A DNA stretch of 64,000 nucleotides from positions 10,925,477-10,989,476 of the forward strand of contig CM082593.2 in assembly GCA_040954595.2 (NCBI GenBank), in the 5' to 3' direction. This DNA is from Balanoglossus misakiensis. Its lineage: Eukaryota > Animalia > Hemichordata. How positions within the stretch are numbered: position 1 is the first letter of the stretch; every line of letters begins with the position of its first letter. Below the pieces are notes generated by a model. That model was not told where the DNA came from. It did not search any database and was given only the letters and a program-made list of their open reading frames with translations. The translations under genes were made by a program, and so were the position numbers. This document shows, in pieces, positions 50,701-64,000 of the stretch.

Positions 50701-53700
50701 TCTCAAATTTTCGTCGATTTTTGAAAAAAAATCATGGTTGAAAATCATCAAAAAATGACAAAATTTTCGACTTTGTAAAATCACAAAATTTCGTCGATTT
50801 TTAAAAAAAAAACATGGGTGAAAATCATCAAAAAATGACAAATTTTCGACTTTGCAAAATCTCAAAATTTCGTCGATTTTTGAAAAAAAATCATGGGTGA
50901 AAATCATCAAAAAATGACACATTTTCGTTTATGCAAAATCTAAAAATTTCGTCGATTTTTGAAAAAAAATCATGGGTGAAAATCATCAAAAAATGACAAA
51001 TTTTCGACTTTGCAAAATCTCAAAATTTCGTCGATTTTTGAAAAAAAATCATGGGTGAAAATCATCAAAAAATGACAAATTTTCGACTTTGCAAAATCTC
51101 AAAATTTCGTCGATTTTTGAAAAAAATCATGGGTGAAAATCATCAAAAAATGACAAATTTTCGACTTTGCAAAATCTCAAAATTTCGTCGATTTTTGAAA
51201 AAAAATCATGGTGAAAATCATCAAAAAATGACAAATTTTCGACTTTGCAAAATCTCAAAATTTCGTCGATTTTTGAAAAAAAATCATGGTGAAAATCATC
51301 AAAAAATGACAAATTTTCGTCTTTGCAAAATCTCAAAATTTCGTCCATTTTTGAAAAAAAAATCATGGGTAAAAATCATCAACAAATGACAAATTTTCGT
51401 CTTTGCAAAATCTCAAAATTTCGTCGATTTTTGAAAAAAAATCATGGGTGAAAATCATCAAAAAATGACAAATTTTCGTCTTTACAAAATCTCAAAATTT
51501 TGTCCATTTTTGAATAAAAATCATGGGTAAAAATAATCAAAAATGACAAATTTTCGTCTTTGCAAAATCTCAAATTTTCGTCGATTTTTGAAAAAAAAAT
51601 CATGGTTGAAAATAATCAAAAAATGACAAAATTTTCGACTTTGTAAAATCACAAAATTTCGTCAATTTTTAAAAAAAAAACATGGGTGAAAATCATCAAA
51701 AAATGACAAATTTTCGACTTTGCAAAATCTCAAAATTTCGTCGATTTTTGAAAAAAAATCATGGGTGAAAATCATCAAAAAATGACACATTTTCGTTTAT
51801 GCAAAATCTCAAAATTTCGTCGATTTTTGAAAAAAAATCATGGGTGAAAATCATCAAAAAATGACAAATTTTCGACTTTGCAAAATCTCAAAATTTCGTC
51901 GATTTTTGAAAAAAATCATGGGTGAAAATCATCAAAAAATGACAAATTTTCGACTTTGCAAAATCTCAAAATTTCGTCGATTTTTGAAAAAAAATCATGG
52001 GTAAAAATCATCAAAAAATGACACATTTTCGATTATGCAAAATCTCAAAATTTCGTCGATTTTTGAAAAAAAATCATGGGTGAAAATCATGAAAAAATGA
52101 CACATTTTCGACTTTGAAAAATCTAAAAATTTCGTCGATTTTTGAAAAAAAATCATGGGTAAAAATCATCAAAAAATGACAAATTTTCGACTTTGCAAAA
52201 TCTCAAAATTTCGTCAATTTTTGAAAAAATCATGGGTAAAAATCATCAAAAAATGACAAATTTTCGTCTTTGCTAAATCTTAAAATTTCGTCGGTTTTTG
52301 AAAAATAATATGGGTGAAAATCATCAAAAAATGACAAATTTTCGACTTTGCAAAATCTCAAAATTTCGTCGATTTTTGAATAAAAATCATGGGTGAAAAT
52401 CATCAAAAAATGACACATTTTCGACTTTGCAAAATCTCAAAATTTCGTCCATTTTTGAAAAAAAATCATGGGTAAAAATCATCAAAAAATGACAAATTTT
52501 CGTCTTTGCAAAATCTCAAAATTTCGTCGATTTTTGAAAAAATCATGGGTGAAAATCATCAAAAAATGACAAATTTTCGACTTTGCAAAATCTCAAAATT
52601 TCGTCGATTTTTGAAAAAAAATCATGGTGAAAATCATCAAAAAATGACAAAATTTTCGACTTTGTAAAATCACAAAATTTCGTCGATTTTTGAAAAAAAA
52701 TCATGGTGAAAATCATCAAAAAATGACAAATTTTCGTCTTTGCAAAATCTCAAAATTTCGTCCATTTTTGAAAAAAAATCATGGGTAAAAATCATCAAAA
52801 AATGACAAATTTTCGTTTTTGCAAAATCTCAAAATTTCGTCCATTTTAAAAAAAAAACATGGGTGAAAATCATCAAAAAATGACAAATTTTCGACTTTGC
52901 AAAATCTCAAAATTTCGTCGATTTTTGAAAAAAAATCATGGGTAAAAATCATGAAAAAATGACACATTTTCGACTTTGAAAAATCTAAAAATTTCGTCGA
53001 TTTTTGAAAAAAAATCATGGGTAAAAATCATCAAAAATGACAAATTTTCGACTTTGCAAAATCTCAAAATTTCGTCAATTTTTGAAAAAATCATGGGTAA
53101 AAATAATCAAAAAATGACAAATTTTCGTCTTTGCTAAATCTCAAAATTTCGTCGGTTTTTGAAAAATAATATGGGTGAAAATCATCAAAAATGACAAATT
53201 TTCGACTTTGCAAAATCTCAACATTTCGTCGATTTTTGAAAAAAAATCATGGTGAAAATCATCAAAAAATGACAAATTTTCGTCTTTGCAAAATCTCAAA
53301 ATTTCGTCCATTTTTGAAAAAAAATCATGGGTAAAAATCATCAAAAAATGACAAATTTTCGTTTTTGCAAAATCTCAAAATTTCGTCAATTTAAAAAAAA
53401 AAACATGGGGGAAAATCATCAAAAAATGACAAATTTTCGACTTTGCAAAATCTCAAAATTTCGTCCATTTTTGAAAAAAAATCATGGGTAAAAATCATCA
53501 AAAAATGACAAATTTTCGTCTTTGCAAAATCTCAAAATTTCGTCGATTTTTGAAAAAATCATGGGTGAAAATCATCAAAAAATGACAAATTTTCGACTTT
53601 GCAAAATCTCAAAATTTCGTCGATTTTTGAAAAAAAATCATGGTGAAAATCATCAAAAAATGACAAAATTTTCGACTTTGTAAAATCACAAAATTTCGTC

Positions 53701-56700
53701 GATTTTTGAAAAAAAATCATGGTGAAAATCATCAAAAAATGACAAATTTTCGTCTTTGCAAAATCTCAAAATTTCGTCCATTTTTGAAAAAAAATCATGG
53801 GTAAAAATCATCAAAAAATGACAAATTTTCGTTTTTGCAAAATCTCAAAATTTCGTCCATTTTAAAAAAAAAACATGGGTGAAAATCATCAATAAATGAC
53901 AAATTTTCGACTTTGCAAAATCTCAAAATTTCGTCGATTTTTGAAAAAAAATCATGGGTAAAAATCATCAAAAAATGACACATTTTCGATTATGCAAAAT
54001 CTCAAAATTTCGTCGATTTTTGAAAAAAAATCATGGGTGAAAATCATGAAAAAATGACACATTTTCGACTTTGAAAAATCTAAAAATTTCGTCGATTTTT
54101 GAAAAAAAATCATGGGTAAAAATCATCAAAAAATGACAAATTTTCGACTTTGCAAAATCTCAAAATTTCGTCAATTTTTGAAAAAATCATGGGTAAAAAT
54201 CATCAAAAAATGACAAATTTTCGTCTTTGCTAAATCTTAAAATTTCGTCGGTTTTTGAAAAATAATATGGGTGAAAATCATCAAAAAATGACAAATTTTC
54301 GACTTTGCAAAATCTCAAAATTTCGTCGATTTTTGAATAAAAATCATGGGTGAAAATCATCAAAAAATGACACATTTTCGACTTTGCAAAAACTCACCAT
54401 TTCGTCGATTTTTGAAAAAAAATCATGGTGAAAATCATCAAAAAATGACAAATTTTCGTCTTTGCAAAATCTCAAAATTTCGTCCATTTTTGAAAAAAAA
54501 TCATGGGTAAAAATCATCAAAAAATGACAAATTTTCGTTTTTGCAAAATCTCAAAATTTCGTCCATTTTAAAAAAAAAACATGGGGGAAAATCATCAAAA
54601 AATGACAAATTTTCGACTTTGCAAAATCTCAAAATTTCGTCCATTTTTGAAAAAAAATCATGGGTAAAAATCATCAAAAAATGACAAATTTTCGTCTTTG
54701 CAAAATCTCAAAATTTCGTCGATTTTTGAAAAAATCATGGTTGAAAATCATCAAAAAATGACAAAATTTTCGACTTTGTAAAATCACAAAATTTCGTCGA
54801 TTTTTGAAAAAAAATCATGGTGAAAATCATCAAAAAATGACAAAATTTTCGACTTTGTAAAATCACAAAATTTCGTCGATTTTGAAAAAAATCATAGGTT
54901 CGTCGATTTTTAAAAAAAAAACATGGTTGAAAATCATCAAAAAATGACAAATTTTCGTCTTTGCAAAATCTCAAAATTTCGTCCATTTTAAAAAAAAAAC
55001 ATGGGGCAAAATCATCAAAAAATGACAAATTTTCGACTTTGCAAAATCCATTTTAAAAAAAAAACATGGGGCAAAATCATCAAAAAATGACAAATTTTCG
55101 ACTTTGCAAAATCTCAAAATTTCGTCGATTTTTGAAAAAAAAATCATGGGTGAAAATCATCAAAAAATGACAAATTTTCGTCTTTGCAAAATCTCAAAAT
55201 TTCGTCCATTTTTGAATAAAAATCATGGGTAAAAATCATCAAAAATGACAAATTTTCGTCTTTGCAAAATCTCAAATTTTCGTCGATTTTTGAAAAAAAA
55301 TCATGGTTGAAAATCATCAAAAAATGACAAAATTTTCGACTTTGTAAAATCACAAAATTTCGTCGATTTTGAAAAAAATCATAGGTTCGTCGATTTTTTA
55401 AAAAAAAACATGGGTGAAAATCATCAATAAATGACAAATTTTCGACTTTGCAAAATCTCAAAATTTCGTCGATTTTTGAAAAAAAATCATGGGTAAAAAT
55501 CATCAAAAAATGACACATTTTCGATTATGCAAAATCTCAAAATTTCGTCGATTTTTGAAAAAAAATCATGGGTGAAAATCATGAAAAAATGACACATTTT
55601 CGACTTTGAAAAATCTAAAAATTTCGTCGATTTTTGAAAAAAAATCATGGTTAAAAATCATCAAAAAATGACAAATTTTCGACTTTGCAAAATCTCAAAA
55701 TTTCGTCATTTTTTGAAAAAATCATGGGTAAAAATCATCAAAAAATGACAAATTTTCGTCTTTGCTAAATCACAAAATTTCGTCGATTTAGAAAAAAATC
55801 ATAGGTTCGTCGATTTTTTAAAAAAAAACATGGGTGAAAATCATCAATAAATGACAAATTTTTGACTTTGCAAAATCTCAAAATTTCGTCGATTTTTGAA
55901 AAAAAATCATGGGTAAAAATCATCAAAAATGACAAATTTTCGTCTTTGCTAAATCTCAAAATTTCGTCGGTTTTTGAAAAATAATATGGGTGAAAATCAT
56001 CAAAAAATGACAAATTTTCGACTTTGCAAAATCTCAAAATTTCGTCGATTTTTGAATAAAAATCATGGGTGAAAATCATCAAAAAATGACACATTTTCGA
56101 CTTTGCAAAATCTCAACATTTCGTTCATTTTTAAAAAAAATCATGGGTGAAAATCATCAAAAAATGACAAATTTTCGATTATGCAAAATCTCAAAATTTC
56201 GTCGATTTTGAAAAAAATCATGGGTTCGTCGATTTTAAAAAAAAACATTGGTGAAAATCATCAAAATATGACAAATTTTCGACTTTGCAAAATCTCAAAA
56301 TTTCGTCGATTTTTGAAAAAATCATGGGTGAAAATCATCAAAAAATGACAAATTTTCAACTTTGCAAAATCTCAAAATTTCGTCGATTTTTGAAAAAAAA
56401 TCATGGTGAAAATCATCAAAAAATGACAAAATTTTCGACTTTGTAAAATCACAAAATTTCGTCGATTTTGAAAAAAATCATAGGTTCGTCGATTTTTAAA
56501 AAAAAAACATGGTTGAAAATCATCAAAAAATGACAAATTTTCGTCTTTGCAAAATCTCAAAATTTCGTCGATTTTGAAAAAAATCATAGGTTCGTCGATT
56601 TTTTAAAAAAAAACATGGGTGAAAATCATCAATAAATGACAAATTTTCGACTTTGCAAAATCTCAAAATTTCGTCGATTTTTGAAAAAAAATCATGGGTA

Positions 56701-59204
56701 AAAATCATCAAAAAATGACACATTTTCGATTATGCAAAATCTCAAAATTTCGTCGATTTTTGAAAAAAAATCATGGGTGAAAATCATGAAAAAATGACAC
56801 ATTTTCGACTTTGAAAAATCTAAAAATTTCGTCGATTTTTGAAAAAAAATCATGGTTAAAAATCATCAAAAAATGACAAATTTTCGACTTTGCAAAATCT
56901 CAAAATTTCGTCATTTTTTGAAAAAATCATGGGTAAAAATCATCAAAAAATGACAAATTTTCGTCTTTGCTAAATCACAAAATTTCGTCGATTTAGAAAA
57001 AAATCATAGGTTCGTCGATTTTTTAAAAAAAAACATGGGTGAAAATCATCAATAAATGACAAATTTTTGACTTTGCAAAATCTCAAAATTTCGTCGATTT
57101 TTGAAAAAAAATCATGGGTAAAAATCATCAAAAATGACAAATTTTCGTCTTTGCTAAATCTCAAAATTTCGTCGGTTTTTGAAAAATAATATGGGTGAAA
57201 ATCATCAAAAAATGACAAATTTTCGACTTTGCAAAATCTCAAAATTTCGTCGATTTTTGAATAAAAATCATGGGTGAAAATCATCAAAAAATGACACATT
57301 TTCGACTTTGCAAAATCTCAACATTTCGTTCATTTTTAAAAAAAATCATGGGTGAAAATCATCAAAAAATGACAAATTTTCGATTATGCAAAATCTCAAA
57401 ATTTCGTCGATTTTGAAAAAAATCATGGGTTCGTCGATTTTAAAAAAAAACATTGGTGAAAATCATCAAAATATGACAAATTTTCGACTTTGCAAAATCT
57501 CAAAATTTCGTCGATTTTTGAAAAAATCATGGGTGAAAATCATCAAAAAATGACAAATTTTCAACTTTGCAAAATCTCAAAATTTCGTCGATTTTTGAAA
57601 AAAAATCATGGTGAAAATCATCAAAAAATGACAAAATTTTCGACTTTGTAAAATCACAAAATTTCGTCGATTTTGAAAAAAATCATAGGTTCGTCGATTT
57701 TTAAAAAAAAAACATGGTTGAAAATCATCAAAAAATGACAAATTTTCGTCTTTGCAAAATCTCAAAATTTCGTCCATTTTAAAAAAAAAAACATGGGGCA
57801 AAATCATCAAAAAATGACAAATTTTCGACTTTGCAAAATCTCAAAATTTCGTCGATTTTTGAAAAAAAAATCATGGGTGAAAATCATCAAAAAATGACAA
57901 ATTTTCGTCTTTGCAAAATCTCAAAATTTCGTCCATTTTTGAATAAAAATCATGGGTAAAAATCATCAAAAATGACAAATTTTCGTCTTTGCAAAATCTC
58001 AAATTTTCGTCGATTTTTGAAAAAAAATCATGGTTGAAAATCATCAAAAAATGACAAAATTTTCGACTTTGTAAAATCACAAAATTTCGTCGATTTTTGA
58101 AAAAAAATCATGGGTAAAAATCATCAAAAAATGACACATTTTCGATTATGCAAAATCTCAAAATTTCGTCGATTTTTGAAAAAAAATCATGGGTGAAAAT
58201 CATGAAAAAATGACACATTTTCGACTTTGAAAAATCTAAAAATTTCGTCGATTTTTGAAAAAAAATCATGGGTAAAAATCATCAAAAAATGACAAATTTT
58301 CGACTTTGCAAAATCTCAAAATTTCGTCGTTTTTTGAAAAAATCATGGGTAAAAATCATCAAAAAATGACAAATTTTCGTCTTTGCTAAATCTCAAAATT
58401 TCGTCGGTTTTTGAAAAATAATATGGGTGAAAATCATCAAAAAATGACAAATTTTCGACCTTGCAAAATCTCAAAATTTCGTCGATTTTTGAAAAAAAAT
58501 CATGGTTGAAAATCATCAAAAAATGACAAAATTTTCGACTTTGTAAAATCAAAAAATTTCGTCGATTTTGAAAAAAATCATAGGTTCGTCGATTTTTAAA
58601 AAAAAAACATGGGTGAAAATCATCAAAAAATGACAAATTTTCGACTTTGCAAAATCTCAAAATTTCGTCGATTTTTGAAAAAAAATCATGGTTAAAAATC
58701 ATCAAAAAATAACAAATTTTCGACTTTGCAAAATCTCAAAATTTCGTCCATTTTTGAAAAAAAATCATGGGTAAAAATCATCAAAAAATGACAAATTTTG
58801 AAAAAAAAACGGGTGAAAATCATCAAAAAATGACACATTTTCGACTTTGCAAAATCTCAAAATTTCGTCGATTTTTGAAAAAAAATCATGGGTGAAAATT
58901 ATCAAAAAATGACAAATTTTCGACTTTGAAAAATCTAAAAATTTCGTCGATTTTTGAAAAAAAATCATGGTTAAAAATCATCAAAAAATGACAAATTTTC
59001 GACTTTGCAAAATCTCAAAATTTCGTCATTTTTTGAAAAAATCATGGGTAAAAATCATCAAAAAATGACAAATTTTCGTCTTTGCTAAATCACAAAATTT
59101 CGTCGATTTAGAAAAAAATCATAGGTTCGTCGATTTTTTAAAAAAAAACATGGGTGAAAATCATCAATAAATGACAAATTTTTGACTTTGCAAAATCTCA
59201 AAAT

Positions 59205-61730
59205 GTTTTCGATTTTTGAAAAATATTGGTGAAAATCATCAAAAAATGACAAATTTTGAAAAAAAAACGGGTGAAAATGATCAAAAAATGACACATTTAC
59301 GACTTTGCAAAATCTCAAAATTTCGTCGATTTTTGAAAAAAAATCATGGGTGAAAATCATCAAAAAATGAAAATTTTTCGTCTTTGCAAAATCTCAAAAT
59401 TTCGTCGATTTTTGAAAAAAAATCATGGGTGAAAATCATCAAAAAATGAAAATTTTTCGTCTTTGCAAAATCTCAAAATTTCGTCCATTTTTGAAAAAAA
59501 AATCATGGGTAAAAATCATCAAAAATGACAAATTTTCGTCTTTGCAAAATCTCAAAATTTCGTCGATTTTTGAAGAAAATCATGGGTGAAAATCATCAAA
59601 AAATGACAAATTTTCGACTTTGCAAAATCTCAAAATTTTTTCGATTTTTGAAAAAAGACGGGTGAAAATCATCAAAAAATGACAAATTTTCGACTTTGCA
59701 AAATCTCAAAATTTCGTAGATTTTTGAAAAAAAACATGGGTAAAAATCATCAAAAAATGACAAATTTTCGACTTTGCAAAATCTCAAAATTTCGTCCATT
59801 TTTAAAAAAAAAACATGGGGGAAAATCATCAAAAAATGACAAATTTTCGACTTTGCAAAATCTCAAAATTTCGTCAATTTTGAATAAAAATCATGGGTGA
59901 AAATCATCAAAAAATGACAAATTTTCGACTTTGCAAAATCTCACAATTTCGTCGATTTTTGAAAAAAAATCATGGGTGAAAATGCATCAAAAAATGAGAA
60001 ATTTTCGACTTTGCAAAATCTCAAAATTTCGTCAATTTTGAAAAAAATCATTGGTGAAAATCATCAAAAAATGACAAATTTTCGACTTTGCAAAATCTCA
60101 AAATTTCGTCGATTTTTGAAAAAAATCATGGGTGAATAATCATCAAAAAAATGACAAATTTTCGACTTTGCAAAATCTCAAAATTTTGTTGATTTTTGAA
60201 AAAAATCATAGGTGAAAATCATCAAAAAATGACAAATTTTCGACTTTGCAAAATCTCAAAATTTCGTCGATTTTTGAAGAAAATCATGGGTGAAAATCAT
60301 CAAAAAATGACAAATTTTCGACTTTGCAAAATCTCAAAATTTTTTCGATTGTTGAAAAAAATCATCGGTGAAAATCATCAAAAAATGACAAATTTTCGAC
60401 TTTGCAAAATCTCAAAATTTCGTCGATTTTTGAAAAAAATCATGGGTGAAAATCATCAAAAAAATGACAAATTTTCGACGTTGCAAAATCTCAAAATTTT
60501 GTTGATTTTTGAAAAAAATCATAGGTGAAAATCATCAAAAAATGACAAATTTTCGACTTTGCAAAATCTCAAAATTTTTTCGATTTTTGAAAAATATCAT
60601 GGGTGAAAATCATCAAAAAATGACAAATTTTGAAAAAAAAACGGGTGAAAATGATCAAAAAATGACACATTTACGACTTTGCAAAATCTCAAAATTTCGT
60701 CGATTTTTGAAAAAAAATCATGGGTGAAAATCATCAAAAAATGAAAATTTTTCGTCTTTGCAAAATCTCAAAATTTCGTCCATTTTTGAAAAAAAAATCA
60801 TGGGTAAAAATCATCAAAAATGACAAATTTTCGTCTTTGCAAAATCTCAAAATTTCGTCCATTTTTAAAAAAAAATCATGGGGGAAAATCATCAAAAAAT
60901 GACAAATTTTCGATTTTGCAAAATCTCAAAATTTCGTCGATTTTTGAAAAAAAACGGGTGAAAATCATCAAAAAATGACACATTTCCGTCGACTTTGCAA
61001 AATCTCAAAATTTCGTCGATTTTTGAAAAAAATCATGGGGGAAAATCATGAAAAAATGACAAATTTTCCTCTTTGCAAAATCTCAAAATTTCGTCGATTT
61101 TTAAAAAAAGACATGGGTGAAAATCATCAAAAAATAACAAATTTTCGACTTTGCAAAATCTCAAAATTTCGTCCATTTTTGAAAAAAAATCATGGGTAAA
61201 AATCATCAAAAAATGACAAATTTTGAAAAGAAAACGGGTGAAAATCATCAAAAAATGACACATTTTCGACTTTGCAAAATCTCAAAATTTCGTCGATTTT
61301 TGAAAAAAAATCATGGGTGAAAATCATCAAAAAATGACAAATATTCGTCTTTGCAAAATCTCAAAATTTCGTCCATTTCTGAAACAAAATTATGGGTAAA
61401 AATCATCAAAAATGACAAATTTTCATCTTTGCAAAATCTCAAAATTTCGTCGAGTTTTGAAAAAAATCATGGGGGAAAATCATGAAAAAATGACAAATTT
61501 TCCTCTTTGCAAAATCTCAAAATTTCGTCGATTTTTAAAAAAAGACATGGGTGAAAATCATCAAAAAATAACAAATTTTCGACTTTGCAAAATCTCAAAA
61601 TTTCGTCCATTTTTGAAAAAAAATCATGGGTAAAAATCATCAAAAAATGACAAATTTTGAAAAAAAAACGGGTGAAAATCATCAAAAAATGACACATTTT
61701 CGACTTTGCAAAATCTCAAAATTTCGTCGA
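59205..61730 (+). repeat. Long-range copy of array segment ~13115-15640 (offset 46,090 bp)
   Basis: Offset exactly 46090 for 13506/59596, 13589/59679, 14106/60196, 14419/60509, 14630/60720, 14885/60975, 15322/61412. Confidence 0.92.
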
Positions 61731-64000
61731 TTTTTGAAAAAAAATCATGGGTGAAAATTATCAAAAAATGACACATTTTCGATTATGCAAAATCTCAAAA
61801 TTTCGTCGATTTTTGAATAAAAATCATGGGTGAAAATCATCAAAAAATGACAAATTTTCGACTTTGAAAAATCTAAAAATTTCGTCGATTTTTGAAAAAA
61901 AATCATGGTTAAAAATCATCAAAAAATGACAAATTTTCGACTTTGCAAAATCTCAAAATTTCGTCATTTTTTGAAAAAATCATGGGTAAAAATCATCAAA
62001 AAATGACAAATTTTCGTCTTTGCTAAATCACAAAATTTCGTCGATTTAGAAAAAAATCATAGGTTCGTCGATTTTTAAAAAAAAAACATGGGTGAAAATC
62101 ATCAATAAATGACAAATTTTTGACTTTGCAAAATCTCAAAATTTCGTCGATTTTTGAAAAAAAATCATGGGTAAAAATCATCAAAAATGACAAATTTTCG
62201 TCTTTGCTAAATCTCAAAATTTCGTCGGTTTTTGAAAAATAATATGGGTGAAAATCATCAAAAAATGACAAATTTTCGACTTTGCAAAATCTCAAAATTT
62301 CGTCGATTTTTGAATAAAAATCATGGGTGAAAATCATCAAAAAATGACACATTTTCGACTTTGCAAAATCTCAACATTTCGTTCATTTTTAAAAAAAATC
62401 ATGGGTGAAAATCATCAAAAAATGACAAATTTTCGATTATGCAAAATCTCAAAATTTCGTCGATTTTGAAAAAAATCATGGGTTCGTCGATTTTAAAAAA
62501 AAACATTGGTGAAAATCATCAAAATATGACAAATTTTCGACTTTGCAAAATCTCAAAATTTCGTCGATTTTTGAAAAAATCATGGGTGAAAATCATCAAA
62601 AAATGACAAATTTTCAACTTTGCAAAATCTCAAAATTTCGTCGATTTTTGAAAAAAAATCATGGTGAAAATCATCAAAAAATGACAAAATTTTCGACTTT
62701 GTAAAATCACAAAATTTCGTCGATTTTGAAAAAAATCATAGGTTCGTCGATTTTTAAAAAAAAAACATGGTTGAAAATCATCAAAAAATGACAAATTTTC
62801 GACTTTGCAAAATCTCAAAATTTCGTCCATTTTTAAAAAAAAAACATGGGGGAAAATCATCAAAAAATGACAAATTTTCGACTTTGCAAAATCTCAAAAT
62901 TTCGTCAATTTTGAATAAAAATCATGGGTGAAAATCATCAAAAAATGACAAATTTTCGACTTTGCAAAATCTCACAATTTCGTCGATTTTTGAAAAAAAA
63001 TCATGGGTGAAAATGCATCAAAAAATGAGAAATTTTCGACTTTGCAAAATCTCAAAATTTCGTCAATTTTGAAAAAAATCATTGGTGAAAATCATCAAAA
63101 AATGACAAATTTTCGACTTTGCAAAATCTCAAAATTTCGTCGATTTTTGAAAAAAATCATGGGTGAATAATCATCAAAAAAATGACAAATTTTCGACTTT
63201 GCAAAATCTCAAAATTTTGTTGATTTTTGAAAAAAATCATAGGTGAAAATCATCAAAAAATGACAAATTTTCGACTTTGCAAAATCTCAAAATTTCGTCG
63301 ATTTTTGAAGAAAATCATGGGTGAAAATCATCAAAAAATGACAAATTTTCGACTTTGCAAAATCTCAAAATTTTTTCGATTGTTGAAAAAAATCATCGGT
63401 GAAAATCATCAAAAAATGACAAATTTTCGACTTTGCAAAATCTCAAAATTTCGTCGATTTTTGAAAAAAATCATGGGTGAAAATCATCAAAAAAATGACA
63501 AATTTTCGACGTTGCAAAATCTCAAAATTTTGTTGATTTTTGAAAAAAATCATAGGTGAAAATCATCAAAAAATGACAAATTTTCGACTTTGCAAAATCT
63601 CAAAATTTTTTCGATTTTTGAAAAATATCATGGGTGAAAATCATCAAAAAATGACAAATTTTGAAAAAAAAACGGGTGAAAATGATCAAAAAATGACACA
63701 TTTACGACTTTGCAAAATCTCAAAATTTCGTCGATTTTTGAAAAAAAATCATGGGTGAAAATCATCAAAAAATGAAAATTTTTCGTCTTTGCAAAATCTC
63801 AAAATTTCGTCCATTTTTGAAAAAAAAATCATGGGTAAAAATCATCAAAAATGACAAATTTTCGTCTTTGCAAAATCTCAAAATTTCGTCCATTTTTAAA
63901 AAAAAATCATGGGGGAAAATCATCAAAAAATGACAAATTTTCGATTTTGCAAAATCTCAAAATTTCGTCGATTTTTGAAAAAAAACGGGTGAAAATCATC

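Larger units (their letters stand above)
7004..64000 (+). repeat. Satellite DNA array, 78-bp monomer, head-to-tail, roughly 700-800 units, runs off the right end of the window
   Basis: Seen: consensus TTTTCGACTTTGCAAAATCTCAAAATTTCGTCGATTTTTGAAAAAAATCATGGGTGAAAATCATCAAAAAATGACAAA (78 bp, 21 G+C). Length varies from ~77 to 81 bp, mostly through A/T-tract slippage. I saw a single orientation throughout and no foreign insertion. Confidence 0.99.

Noticed and set aside
7004-64000. Many ORFs encoding (MGENHQKMTNFRLCKISKFRRFLKKI)n and reverse-strand equivalents; possible giant repeat-protein gene
   Set aside because: 78 bp is 26 codons and one frame happens to lack stops, but A-tract length changes shift the frame every few monomers (longest ORF 146 aa). 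There is no frame conservation and no unique N- or C-terminal domain.
7004-64000. CRISPR-like array of partly palindromic repeats
   Set aside because: No unique spacers, no cas genes, and a eukaryotic TE context.

Overview
Eukaryotic (probably invertebrate animal) DNA at the edge of a large satellite array; I found no host protein-coding gene, RNA gene or CRISPR array. Bases 1-7003 are a mosaic of transposon remnants. They include a TTAA-flanked Kolobok-like non-autonomous element (4-579) inserted into a decayed, 5'-truncated LINE ORF2 (580-1915, minus strand), a probable Helentron/HINE-type end (~2110-2516), two oppositely oriented copies of a ~300-bp almost wholly palindromic TTAA MITE (3249-3568, 4208-4498) and a compound microsatellite. 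From 7004 to the window end (~57 kb) runs one uninterrupted head-to-tail array of a 78-bp, 27% GC monomer. Most of the monomer is an imperfect inverted repeat centred on TTTGCAAA. The array contains recurrent 42-bp deletion and +27-bp duplication monomers, CpG-decay variants and nested higher-order duplications (periods ~0.2, 0.47, 1.2, 1.8, 3.0, 3.3, 4.5, 4.6 and 6.0 kb). A ~2.5-kb block is also copied 46,090 bp away. All ORFs beyond 7 kb are artefacts of the 26-codon monomer. The best candidate for something undescribed is the satellite itself (possibly centromeric or pericentromeric, dimer = 156 bp); its function and novelty cannot be shown from sequence alone. Duplication periods come from offsets between identical ORF-track entries plus spot checks; block boundaries are approximate.
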